Shown here piece after piece: positions 30,136 through 43,400 of a stretch of DNA of 64,000 bases. The notes under the pieces are model-generated. The model did not search any database and was not told where the DNA came from. It was given only the letters and a program-made list of their open reading frames with translations. Both the position numbers and the translations under genes were made by a program. Location: the NCBI GenBank assembly GCA_012295275.1, contig CM022665.1, positions 46,128,001 to 46,192,000 on the forward strand, given 5' to 3'. Position 1 is the first letter of the stretch. Each line of letters opens with the position of its first letter. This DNA is from Chrysomallon squamiferum (Eukaryota > Animalia > Mollusca).

Positions 30136-30382
30136 AAAAAGAACAAAACGGTGATTGCAACATGTTTGACCGGATATGACATTTCTTACAGCTACTTGCT
30201 GTAACATCTCACGGTGACCCGATATAAGAATTTTTTTTTAAATTATTATTATTATAAAATAATAAATTTAAACTAAAACGAGATTTTGTCTTTGTTAATG
30301 TTTCATGATACTAATATTTTCAAAGTATTTGGAATACGAAATATTTTGTACTATATTACTATTATAGTGTAATAAACTCCCC

Positions 30383-30430
30383 CCAATCACGTGATATCGA
30401 AAAATTATCGGTCTTCTGCCGCCATTTTGG
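30383..30430 (+). promoter_or_regulatory. PICALM proximal promoter: CCAAT, palindromic E-box TCACGTGA, YY1 motif
   Basis: CCAAT at 30383-30387, TCACGTGA at 30387-30394 and GCCGCCATTTTG (YY1 consensus) at 30418-30429. All lie about 135-180 nt upstream of the ATG in a CpG-enriched patch. Confidence 0.65.
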
Positions 30431-30564
30431 AAAGAGAAGAGATTTCCACCCCTTTATTTATTATACAGCACCGTGTCAAAATAACATTTTCGAACTTGTA
30501 GGTTAAATTACTAACTCTCGTCAACACTGTCCGGAGGAGAGATCCTCTACAATCACTTTACAAA

Positions 30565-33500
30565 ATGTCTGGTCAAAGTATAATGGACCGCGTACAGGCG
30601 GCCAGGCACAGTATCGCCGGTCAAGGTTTGGCGAAGTCCGTTTGTAAAGCGACCACTGAGGAAATTATCGGACCCAAGAAAAAACATCTGGACTGTAAGT
30701 AGCAGAATTTTGTATATTTATTGTTTGAATAAGTAATATATAATACATTTTAAAATTTTATTCTGATTTTCACTATTATTACCATCCTGACATTCACATT
30801 GCGATCTTTGACAGTGGGAGGTGGCCCATGATGACACTGATAATCATAATCTCAGAATCTGTCAAAACGTAGAAGTATTATTGTTTTCTTTAGAATATAG
30901 TTTCTGTAACATTACAGTAATATATATATATATATATATTTTTTTTCTATTTATAGTTTTGAATATGTGATTTATCTTGTATTCATAATACACACACTTA
31001 CATTTTGATACAAGACAACTAATGTAATTTAAACAGTTTTAATATTTCTAGTTTTGCATTATTTGTGAACCTGCTATTTACGATGCACTGCAGTATTTCA
31101 AATTTGTTTTCTTTTATAAATTGCAAATAGTTTTAACTATGCATGTAGATGAATTTAAATATTTTTCATCACTGAAGTTTTATTAGGAAAACCAGTGATG
31201 GTGGAGTGTAGAAATGATTCATATTATTTTCATTCTTTTCATTTTTTTTCAATTCATAAAATGATAAATGTATAATTTAAGTGGAAAATGATCTGTCTGA
31301 AATTTCATGTTCTCGATATTTATAATGTAACAACTGATATATTTAAAGAATGTAAAAGGTAAATACATTTTCTGTATTGCATAGGAACAGTTTAATGAAT
31401 GTGAAATTCTTCAGAAAAGAAACCCAGGCTAAAGAATATCATATATCATGTTTAATTTATATGAGATAAAGAATCCTTTAGAAATGAAAATAAAATAAAA
31501 TAAAAGGCTAGATGTATGAAGAATTTTATATCCTTTTATCTTTCTCTGAACTTTGAAAGTGGCTGTTAAAGCCATCTAAGCAAACCATCTAGTATATATA
31601 TATATATTCAGTTTGTGTAAAATCATAGCATCACAAAATTCCAAAAGTATTTACAGTGTCTTTTGAAGTTAATAGCTCAGATGTTCTTGATGACAGCAAA
31701 CAGTTACATATATGGTTTATAATAACTTAACAGTAATCTTGTTATCACAATTTGAAACATATTTAGATATTAAAACAAATAATTGTATTTTGGTTATTTG
31801 AAAAAAATACCTTATATTTATATTTTTAATAATGTAATTAAAATTAGTTTATTATTATTGTTATTTTTTATTTATATTTCTTATTTCCTATGTTTTGATA
31901 AACGTGTTGTTTTATGTAGTTCTTATTTGTGCAAGTATATGTAAAATAACAGTGAAAAAGATGTATCTGGAAATAACTAGTGCCGTTTGACATATCAGAA
32001 CTTTTTGTAAATGTGCAGTGTCATGCTGTAGATTACAAAAGCCAAGAAAAAGCAAATGTCTGACCTTCACTCATGCAATAAAATTAGTATCTTATCTATT
32101 TCATAAGTTGCAAATATATAGTTTTTTCATGTTTAATAATTCAATCAAATATTGTACATTTTTTCTTGGGGTTTTTGTGAAAAAATGTCTTGAATTAACA
32201 GGTGTTCAAACATTAAAAATACTGTTGTGTTAGCAATCTGACATTTAAGGATAATATTGAATGTCTATGACTGATTAAAAAAATATATATATATATTAAA
32301 AATAAACAATAATAATAATAAATAAAATATTTACAAGCTGTTAATGAAAGAAAAATGACAATAATGGAATTAGATTTCACCAACAGTTTTATTCTTTAAG
32401 TTGTTTGTAAATTTCAGTCAGTATTTTTCAATTTATGTAGGGTGCATCAGTCATAAATTTAGATTTTTGTATTAATAAATTTATTGGCTCTATTTTGTCA
32501 CTGTTTAATTTGGGACATCTCTGCTTCACACTAGTTATATGCCTAATAACAAAAAATAATCTGGTATTATAACAATCTCCACACTAGAAAAAGCTTTCAG
32601 GTCTGTTGCACAATATGAAAAGGTGATAAAGTGGGTGTTTTTCATGGTATATATCGTTTTTATTTTGCTTTTCTATGTCATTGCTTTAATGTGATGAGTT
32701 AAATTCCATAAAACTTCATCAGATGATTTATATTCGGTTTGAAAGTAAAAATTTAAATATAAATAAATTAATATATTAAAGAAACAAAACAAACCTGTAA
32801 ATTATGGTTTATTTAAGCATAGTGAAAGTTTTTTTTTTCTTTTTGCCTTTTTTGATTTTCTTTTTGCCTTTTTTGATTTTCTTGCCCATCTCAATCTTTA
32901 TTTAAGAATCTTTTTCCATTTTAATTTTTAATTTGATATAGTTAAATACCAGTGCTCCTGATATTTTGACATTATTACTGTCCAGTAAAACAAAACACAA
33001 ATTGTATTTTTGTTCTTGTTATGAAATACAAGTTTGAGCCAGAACAAGAATGGCTATTGATGGAAATAATTGCATTATAGAGAAGTCTCTCTAGAGCAGT
33101 TATTTTAAAGCTTTTTTAAAAGGAAAATTCAGAAAGATATTTACAGAATGTAGTATGGTCACTTATTTTGTTGTATTATATATGTTTCTTTAAGATGCTT
33201 TTTAATTCTATGATACCATTAGGCTTCCTTAAGTCCATAATCACTAATAGTTAGCAATTTAACATTTGATGTTTATTATTAAAGCAAACAAATTTTAAAA
33301 CCTAAATGTCATATTTCATTGTCAGCCATAGTCTTATAACAAATTTAAATTTAAAATAAACGTATATGGATTAACAGGTGTGTGTGTGTGTGTGGGTGTG
33401 TAATTTAGGAGTATTCTGTAGATGCAGTGAGCAAAAGATAAACCCAGTGAAAACTAACTCTATTATTGCAAGCTTGCAATTATATCCTTTTCAATATTAT

Positions 33501-36500
33501 TATTATTTTAATTTTTTTTTAAACAATTAATGCAGTTTAGGTATAAATTAATGTATGTTATTTTTATAAAGACAGTTTTTAAGAAAAGTTATTTACTCAA
33601 TACATTTCAAACAGAATCTCAGCATTTTTATCATGTAAAATAAAAATTTAATTCGGATCAAAGCAAAGAGAATTCAAGTCTTGTAATGCAAATACCGTTT
33701 TATATACATTTTTAATGGTACTGTTCAGAAGGTCACTGTGTCCTTCATATTCCTTTGTCAGGGTTATAAATCTGTCTACAACTTAATGGATAATAACTTT
33801 CTTACAGCTTCAGTTTCAAGCTGTTCAGTCGGTCAGGAGATTTTATATAGGTGATGGCTAGTTTAAATAGCAACAGGCCTTTCCTCACTTCTCACATAAT
33901 ATATATTTAAACTTTAATATCTGCATGCCATGCTAATGAAGCTTTGAGACTGTTTGTAGGCATGCTAGTAAGAAAAATCAATATCCTAACTTGTGCATTG
34001 CAGATAGAATTGAATTAGTATTACACCTTCCACATTGTATGTGAGGTAGTTAAAATAACAATCTGCTTGATATACTACATAAAACTGAATTACAGTTTAT
34101 CGGCATCCTTAATCGGCTTCTTTGCTGAAATTAGAAGCAGATCCATATATACTCTTCTTTTTTTTTATAACTGTTTTGATTTAAAATAAAATGCTAGAAA
34201 AATTCACTGCCTGATTTAAATTTCAGCTTTTTAGATTGCATTATAAATTTTAACATTTGGATTAACTAATAAATATGGGTTAAATGCAGTAAAATAGCTT
34301 AAGATCAGATTTATCTTAAAATAATTTTTATTTGTGACAACCAGTCTGCTAATTATATTGTATATCAGTAAAATAATCAGCTAATGCAGATGGCAACAGT
34401 ATATGTACATGTATATGAAGCTCTTTTTAAACACTTACCTTTAAATATAATTTTAAACATGCACTGCCATGATTTAATCATTCTCACATATGAAGATACT
34501 GGAAGGTTAATTGAAGTGTATATGTAGTTTAAATTATCTTATTTCCCTGTGCAAATGTTAAAGTTTTAAAACTTACTATAAGACTGGCTAATCTGTCAAA
34601 ATAATTAAATATTTCTGATATCACTGTTAACTGTCACATTATTTTTTATTTTATAAAAGAATACAGAATTCAGAATTTACACCATATACACTTAAATATG
34701 AAATTTTATTACATAAAATGTGAAAAACTGTCTGAATGATTCATCAGTTGTTTTGTGCCTGATAAAAACAATAGTTATTAAAAATTCATTGTTTGTTATT
34801 CAGATTTTATTTTTTTATTTTTTTGTAAGACATAAATATTTGAAGTATTTATAATTTCATTGCCTGAAACTTCATAAACATGCATTTCTGTCAATTGCAG
34901 TTTAGGAATGCTAGAAGTAAATATTCCTCCTGTACCAAATGGTTTTAAATACAGTTTTAAAATAGCAAAGTCACTAATTGAAACATCAGACATGTTTCTT
35001 GAATTTAGAAGATGCCAAGTACTTTATTACCATTGACACTGTCATTCCTTACATTCCCTAGCTTGCAGAAATTTACTTGTGGCTACTCACATTGGGCATG
35101 AGACAAAGATTAGCTTTGCTTTGAAAAGTGGTGGTTATTTAGTTTTAAGAAGGATGTGTAGTTTTGCCAGGCAGCTGATATTTCATTAAATTGTTAATAT
35201 CCTCATTACTGGGCACAAAACTCTCTGTTCATTTGAAAAACAGTTTATCGAAATTCTGAACAGTAGATTTTTGTTTGTAATGGAAATGTGCAGTTAATGG
35301 TGGGAGTTTCCTAAATGAAAGAAGATTCTGAGCCATTTCTGTTTGACATGTTCTCTTTCATGCTAGTTGATATTTGAATACCATTATCTAATTAGTTTCA
35401 GATAATGCAGACTGTCAGATCTATAACAGAATGCAGGTAGTGGGTTTGTGTTTTATAACAGATCATGTCAGAAAATACTATTGTTATTACACTATGCACA
35501 AAAAGTAAATATAGCACCTTCATGAAACATACTATGAAGTGTTTTCTTAAGTAGCTAGCTATTATCATTGTATTCATAGGCATCTGTTTTATACATGTAT
35601 GTTTTATGAGAACATGAAATGGCTGGTTTTTAATTAAACGGCCAGCCTAAGTGCAAAAAATGTGTGTGTTTTTCCCACAATTCTCTGACCATGTTGCTTT
35701 TTCTGCAGCCATGTCTCAATTGCATGGAAATTGTCTATTCTGACTGTGCGGTCAATATAATCACTTGGGGCACCAGCAGCTCACAGTAGCAATCCTCATT
35801 GATCGATGATGGCTTGGTTTGTGTGTGTATATCTACAGGACAATCAGTTTGTGTATAAACAAGTCACATGCTGTGATTATAGGATACTATGCTTTTAGAG
35901 GAACTCTTGTTTATAGATGCTTTTCTTTAACAGTTTAAACTGTACTAGTGATGTGAGCTAACTGAATTATTAATTTAATTAATGTTGATGTACTCTACTT
36001 ATTTGATGTAATCAGCTAATTAAAATTGCCTTAAAAGATACTGTAATATGTAGAAATTTAAATATAGACATAAATATGCTTCTCTATAAACATACTGATT
36101 TTGTGATTCTTTTAAAATAATATTTGGCATTGTTGTTTATAAAAAAAAGAATGAAAAAGAAGAATTAAATACAAAATAAAGAAGTAAATGTGAAAAGATT
36201 CATTTACAATATCCGGGAAAGATGTAGACACATTTTGAACTCTATTATTGCTGCTGTTGTTATTATATACGCACACATGAGCGCACACACACACATAAGG
36301 AACATTATATATTCAGTTGGTTACTGTACACAAAGCCTCAATGAATTGTATTTTATTTACTGACCCTTTGAAAATCATATAAACTTCTCAATATTGTAAT
36401 TTCAGAATAACAGAAATATTTATTTTTAATTTATGTATTTTTCTAATTTGTAAATCAGAAACTAGAAATGCTGAATTATTATTTTTTTTAATTTAAAATG

Positions 36501-37429
36501 TTTTAATTTTACTTTTTATTTTTTATTTATTTATTTACTTTTTATTATTATTTTTTTAATTATTTTTTATTTTTTTAAGGGAAGCTTGCATTTATATTTA
36601 TGATATTTAGGTACTACACATCCATCAAACTTTTAAATAGTTTTCAAACATTTCATAAAAATACCTGCTAAATCATAAATGGCCTTCTTTGTGTAAATAA
36701 CCTACAAATACTGTATTTTTTTTCAGTTCTTATTCAGTGTACAAATGAGCCCAATGTATCAATACCTCAGCTTGCAGATCTCCTCATTGAGCGTACACAG
36801 CATGCTAACTGGATTGTGGTTTTCAAGGCTCTCATCACCATTCACAACATGATGAACTATGGAAACGAGGTGAAAGATTCCTCTTTTTACTTAAGTAATT
36901 AACAATTGATTCTGCAGCACAGGTCATCTAGAATAAAGTAACATTTTGATGCAGATGTATTGTAGGTTAGATAATTTCATTATTAATGGTGTTGCTTTCA
37001 CTATGTTAATTTTTAGTTCATGCTGATAACAAATTGTTATCATTATGTATTTGTATTTTTTATATTTTTATTTATTTATTTTATTTATTTATTTATTTAT
37101 TTATTTTTTTAATAATTATTATACATTTATTTGATATATAGTAATGTAATCTTGTTATTTTAACAGGTTTTGTCAAATGACAATGATTTTGTTTATTATT
37201 TTTGTCATACTTCTAATTTTCATTTACAGAGGCTCACACAGTATCTGGCATCCAACAACTGTACATTTCAGCTTGGAAACTTCATTGACAAAGCAGGGAT
37301 GCAAGGTGAATAAAAAAAATAGGCTTTAACTTCTAATTCATGAATGGTTGTTAAACCCAGTGTAATAAAATTCCCTTTTCTCCAAATCTACAGACATCAT
37401 TCAGAATTTTTATACTTCGTAATATGTTA

Positions 37430-37461
<32 letters not shown>

Positions 37462-40400
37462 ATATATATATGGAAGCTGATTTTAGTTTTGAAAAGCCTT
37501 TTTCTGTTCTTTTTTTTTTGGTGTGTGTGTGTGTGTAACAGAATTGTGTAAATATATAATAAAACTGGTTGGACAAAAAAGATTTTGCAGCAGTTGTAAT
37601 GGAGTTTACAAGATAGAAATCTTTATATAACTACCTTTTAATATTGTCACTTTTCACCATGCTATAAGTACTCTTACCATGGTGTATTTAATTAAAAGAG
37701 GAAACAAGAAATTTGTAAAATTTAAAAAAGTATTTAAAAAAAAATTTTATATATTTTTAGGATGTATTTTAAGTGGTAATATTAAAATCATACTCAGAAT
37801 TTTTTTTTTTTTTTTTTTTTTTTTCAGGCTATGATATGTCCACATTTATCAGAAGATATGCAAAATATTTAAATGAAAAAGCTGCATCCTACAGAACAAT
37901 GGCTTTTGACTTCTGTAAAGTGAAGAGAGGGTATTAACTTAAACATGTTATTTGTCCTGATATTTCTTTCTTTTATTTTATATTGCCTGACTCAAATAGC
38001 ATGAAAAAAAAAAAAAAATTGTAAAAAATTATGACAAGGGCAGGACTGAATATTAAAAATATTTTAAAGTATTATCAATAGATTGGACAAGTATTTGATT
38101 TGATTTTGATTTTGTTGCCTCCACTGGAATTAATTTGAAGTTAAATTGTTATTCTCTTAATGATATTGTGAATTATACAGAGATGACTATATTATATATA
38201 TAATTGTCTTTTATTATATTTTTGTTACCCAGAATAGGTATTTTAAAAACAGTCAACTTTATCATTCACAGTTTTATAGTATGGACTAGCTTATAGTGGG
38301 TTAATTTTGATTTCAGAAAAGAGGATGGATTACTGAGAACAATGAATGCAGAAAAGGTAATTTTTGCATTTGGTTTCATTTAGTAAATTCATCATTTGTC
38401 CTCATATCCTGAAAATCAAAATACAAAATTTTAAATACTGATAAATTCAAGCAGCATTTTTTCTTCAGTTTTGATAATTTTATTGGTTAAACTTGCTTAA
38501 AAACAAAATTATGCAATTTTAATTAAAAGTGCACACACAGTATCTAGGCACATATCAGGCAAATATTACCTTTACTTATTTTTTCAGTTATTGAAGACAT
38601 TACCAGTTTTACATCAACAGCTGAATGCTTTACTTGAATTTGATGTAAGTTCCAGTTAAATAGTATACAGTGTTATTTTACTTTCAGATTTTAGTGTTTC
38701 CTTCAAATTAATATAATCATGCTATAGTAAATATTACTTGGCTATTGACACAATTTAATATATCAGTTAAAACAAAAGTTAATTTCTGTTGTGAAGGAAT
38801 CCATTGTTTCTACTGGTTGTAATTAAATAATTTCAATTTTGTAATGAGCTTTGTTTTGATCAATGTTTTACAGATGACTGTCATATTAAAAAGAAATTTG
38901 GCTTTATCTTTCAATCTTGATTTTTTTTTCAGTGCACACCCAATGAGCTGACCAATGGAGTAATTAATGCCTGTTTCATGCTGCTATTCAAAGACCTGAT
39001 TCGTCTGTTTGCTTGTTACAATGATGGCATTATTAATTTACTAGGTAAATTAATTTTTTCAGAAGTGTCATATGAATACAAAGAGTTGAAAATTATTTTT
39101 TTCTTTGAAGATAAAATTAAAAACAAATATGGATAGATAGTCTTGAACCGCGATACCTATTCTGAAAGGACACTGAAAAAAGAAATAATAATTTATTGAT
39201 GAAATTAGAACAAAAGAAGGAAATGATGACAAAAATTATATTAGTGATGTCTACTCCTAAAAATGTATTTTAATAATTTCAGAAAAATTCTTTGATATGA
39301 ACAAAAAACAGTGCAAGGACAGTCTAGACATTTACAAAAAGTTCCTTGTCAGCATGGACAAAGTGTCAGAGTTTCTCAAAGTAGCAGAGGTGAGCATCTG
39401 TGTGAACAAACTTAAAACATAATAAATAGGGATGATGTTATTTATTCTTGGGATCTGATTTGTTTTGTTTTTTCAAAAATTTATTAAGATTATTATTAAT
39501 ATTAATATTTATTAAATTTGTTTTTTAAAATATTTTTCATTAATGTGCTTTTGACTAGCTTCTGTAATAATACTGTTTCATTAATGTGTTATGGGTTTTT
39601 TTTTTTTTTTTTTTTATATATGTGTGTGTGTATATATATATATATATATTTATAAACCAGGCTAAGAATAGGACATTTGTTTATCTTCTTTTTTTTAAAA
39701 TTAGTTTGTATGATAATATAAAATGAAGCAAATTGTTATTTTTTGTTAACTGAATTTTTATGTTTTGATCCATCAAAATCATTAATACAGAAAAAGCTGA
39801 TGCATGTTTAATAGTGTTTACAGTCTTTTGGTACTTAATTTCAGAATGTGGGAATTGACAGAGGGGACATTCCTGATTTAGCTAAGGTAAGCATTGATAT
39901 AAAAAGTTTTTAAATTATGGTGTTTTTTTCTTCTTTTTTTTTTTCAAAACTTTGATTTGTTAAATTTTTTCTAGAGTTATCCAGGATATAAAGATGGTAT
40001 ATTCAGTTTCAGAAATGCTAAACGTTTACTAATGAATGCACTTGCTTTGTGCATAGCTTCAGAAACCAAGAAAATGATTCTTCATCCAACAGTTGAGAAT
40101 TGTTGAAATAATTCCACCATTTAATATGTAGGCTGTACTTTAAAAATAAAAAATAATAATTGAAACTTTTTTAGCATTTCACTCTGAAATAAATCAGCTT
40201 AAAATTATGGAGCACTTGCAGTATAATTTGTAAATTGCACTTTTTAAAACTTATTTCTTGTTATCAAAACAACCAAGTAGTTTACTTTCTGTTCGTATTT
40301 TTAAATTTGCATTTTATTTTTTTTCTGTTGTAAATTATTCTGTCAAACCTTCACTTAGATTTAAATGTTTTTCTTTTGATTATTATTACCTTTTTTATTG

Positions 40401-43400
40401 CATGCTAAAATTTCTGAGTATGGTGCCTGTCTTATCTGAATATGACAATTTTAATATTACTGCTTGAAATTCATCCTAAAAAGTATTATTTTATTTTATT
40501 TTTTAAATTTTAAAATTACTTTATTTCCTGTTTTGAATAAAATATTACATGGTAAGTGTACTTACGGTATGATGAACAGTATGTGACAATTTAAAGGTAG
40601 CTTACTATATTTAGTTCCTCACAAGTTTTAATGATAAACAACAACAAAGAATATGAGCAGTCAAAAGACAAGTAAATGATTTAGAAATTGAGTGATGAAA
40701 AAGATATAAATGTACTCTACTGAATAGTTCTTTTACAATATTGAAATGAATCTTTGAAAATATAAATGAAATTGCACCTTCTGCCTGGCAATAAAACTTC
40801 ATACAAAAATGGTTGTTGTTTTGGGGTGGGGGCTTTACAGAGAAGTCATAAAACAAAAATGCTCCATCTCCTTATTGATAATTATGAGGCACTGGAACAC
40901 ATTTTGCAAATTGATATATATTTGGCTTTAATTATTGTGCTTTTTTACTTTAATTTTTTGTTGGTTTTTTTTATTTTTTTATTTTTTTTTGGCTCTTCAA
41001 GGGCACCATACTCTTAAATTGTTATAGTAACCTTTTCTTTTTTTAAGTTTTGCCTCTTTTTTCTGTTTTTTTTCTTTTCTTGTTTTGTTGCCAGGGTATG
41101 AAGAGCAATGTAAACAGTGTAAGTGTATAGTATTTACAAGTGCTGCTAAATATAACCTTTTTAATGTTCTGTTATTTATTTATCAGCACTGTCTGACATT
41201 AAAAATTATTCTGTACCCTGCAGTATTGGCCATTGTTGTTTGAAATAAAGAATGTATTTTTATACTGTTTTTTGAGTAACAGCATCAAAATAAGTATAGT
41301 GAAACATCTGTCTTTCAAACGTTTTTAAATTTACATATATTTGTCTTAAAGTTACTGTTAAAAGCTAAGATAATTAGACAGTACTGAATTTTCAGTTAAT
41401 TTACCCAAGTCTAGGATTAGTATCTTCATTGATAAAATAAAAAAAATTAAATAAAAAAATTAAAGATCAGATTTTTCATTATCAGATTATTAATGTTAAA
41501 TAAATACTAATCTAATATTTTTGCTTGCTAGATCAGAATCTGCTGACTGCTGCCCGCTTGATAATGCAATTATGCCTTATAAGTAAAATTATTGGTTAAC
41601 CTCTCACCACAAACTATTTTAAAATTTAACTTGATACATCTCTGATATATATTTCATATTACTAAAATGAGCATTTTTACTAATATGTATAAATTAAACA
41701 GCTAAATGTCCATCTTTTTGAGAACACTTTTATTCTTAAATTGCTAGTCCCAAATTAAAATGTTAATCTTGTTGGAATTGCTATTTTTTTATACCTATTA
41801 ATTGCTTATTTATCTATCTTTTGAAATAATTTCCAGTTATATTCTCTGATGCTCTGTGCATAATTCTAGTGTTTCAGAGAAATGCATTTCAGTTACTTTT
41901 TAGAGCATGTATTGATAGTCTGCATGGAACAGCCTTTAAACACAAATTGAATCATGCAAAACTTAGGGTCACTAGATGACTAATGTTTTGAGCACTGAAG
42001 ACAACAGATTTTCTTTTGCCATTGGACACACTTAGTGTGCCACAGTTGTGAAAATTTGCTTCCCTGGAATGGCTCTTCAAACTTAAATATTTTCAAAATG
42101 TTTTAATCTGATACATGATAGAGTATTACTGAACACAAGCTGTGATGCTGCGAATGCTGGCACAATATATTTGTAGTTATCCAGTAACATTATAAAATAA
42201 TATTTTCCTTAAGGAAAGGGGGAAGTTTCTAGAATATGACACTTTGTACAAGATTTTGTTTAATTGTATGATAATATATAATCCCATTTTCTTGTTTGTA
42301 ATATTCTACTTTTGCTTTTTCGTCTTTTTTCTTTTCTTTTTTTTTCTTTTTTTTCATTTATTTTTCTAATACTCTTTAAATTTGCAGCACCCAGATGTTT
42401 TACTAAGTCAAGTTAAACATTTTTATTTTACAAAATGAATTTAAAGAAAATGCTGCACGGTTACTGGAGTGGTTTTATTTAATGCTGTGAAAATGAAAGG
42501 ATTTTACATTGTTTAAATGAAGATGTATTTATTATTGATTATTTCAGTCCTTGCTTTTCTTACTTGTTTTTAAATGTTATGAATTCTCAGTGAAATAAAG
42601 TAGTTTTGTTCACTTACAGGCTCCTGCCAGTTTGTTAGATGCCCTTGAACAACATCTGCAACAGCTGGAAGGAAAGAAAGGTGCAACAACACCTACAGGA
42701 TCTGCAAAGTATGTTGATCACTTTTTTCACTCTGCAGTATGTTTAGAAATAATTTTAATTAACTGGCATAAATAACTTTTCAGTGTAGTCATGAAAAATA
42801 GAGCTTAATTAGCAAGATGACCATGAGTCACTAAGTGAAACAGTAACAAATGACATTAGTTAATACCAAAGTTTATTTTACATAAACAGGTAAGTATAAG
42901 TAAAAAAAAATTAAAGACTACTACATCAAAACCTTTTGGTTGAAGTGGTATGCAGAGTTCATCCTTGAGTTCATCTTCAAGCTGACATTCAGTCACTGAT
43001 TACTTCTGAACAACTACAGTAGAGAAATACTAACAAGATTGTGCTGTTTGTTTCAGACCAGCTGGGTTCTCGACAGCACTGAACACAATAACCAACAACA
43101 GCAACGCTTTAGACGTGAGTGAAGAGGAAAAGAAACGTATACTTGATGAGGAAAATCGCAGATTGCAGCAACTGAAGGTAGTAAGTTTTGCCTTGTTTTT
43201 TTCTTGGACCTTTCCTCATGTCTGTCATCTGGCATTGTGATTTCTGTGCTGCTGTTACTTCTGTAGTTGCACCAGTGTTGCTGCCATTGCTGCTGCCAAC
43301 CATTACTATATTTGCGATCATTTTGTCATGCATGCCGATGTGCATGTACAGGGACAGGTATCCTTGGTCTTATGAAATAATATTTTTTATTAACTAATTG

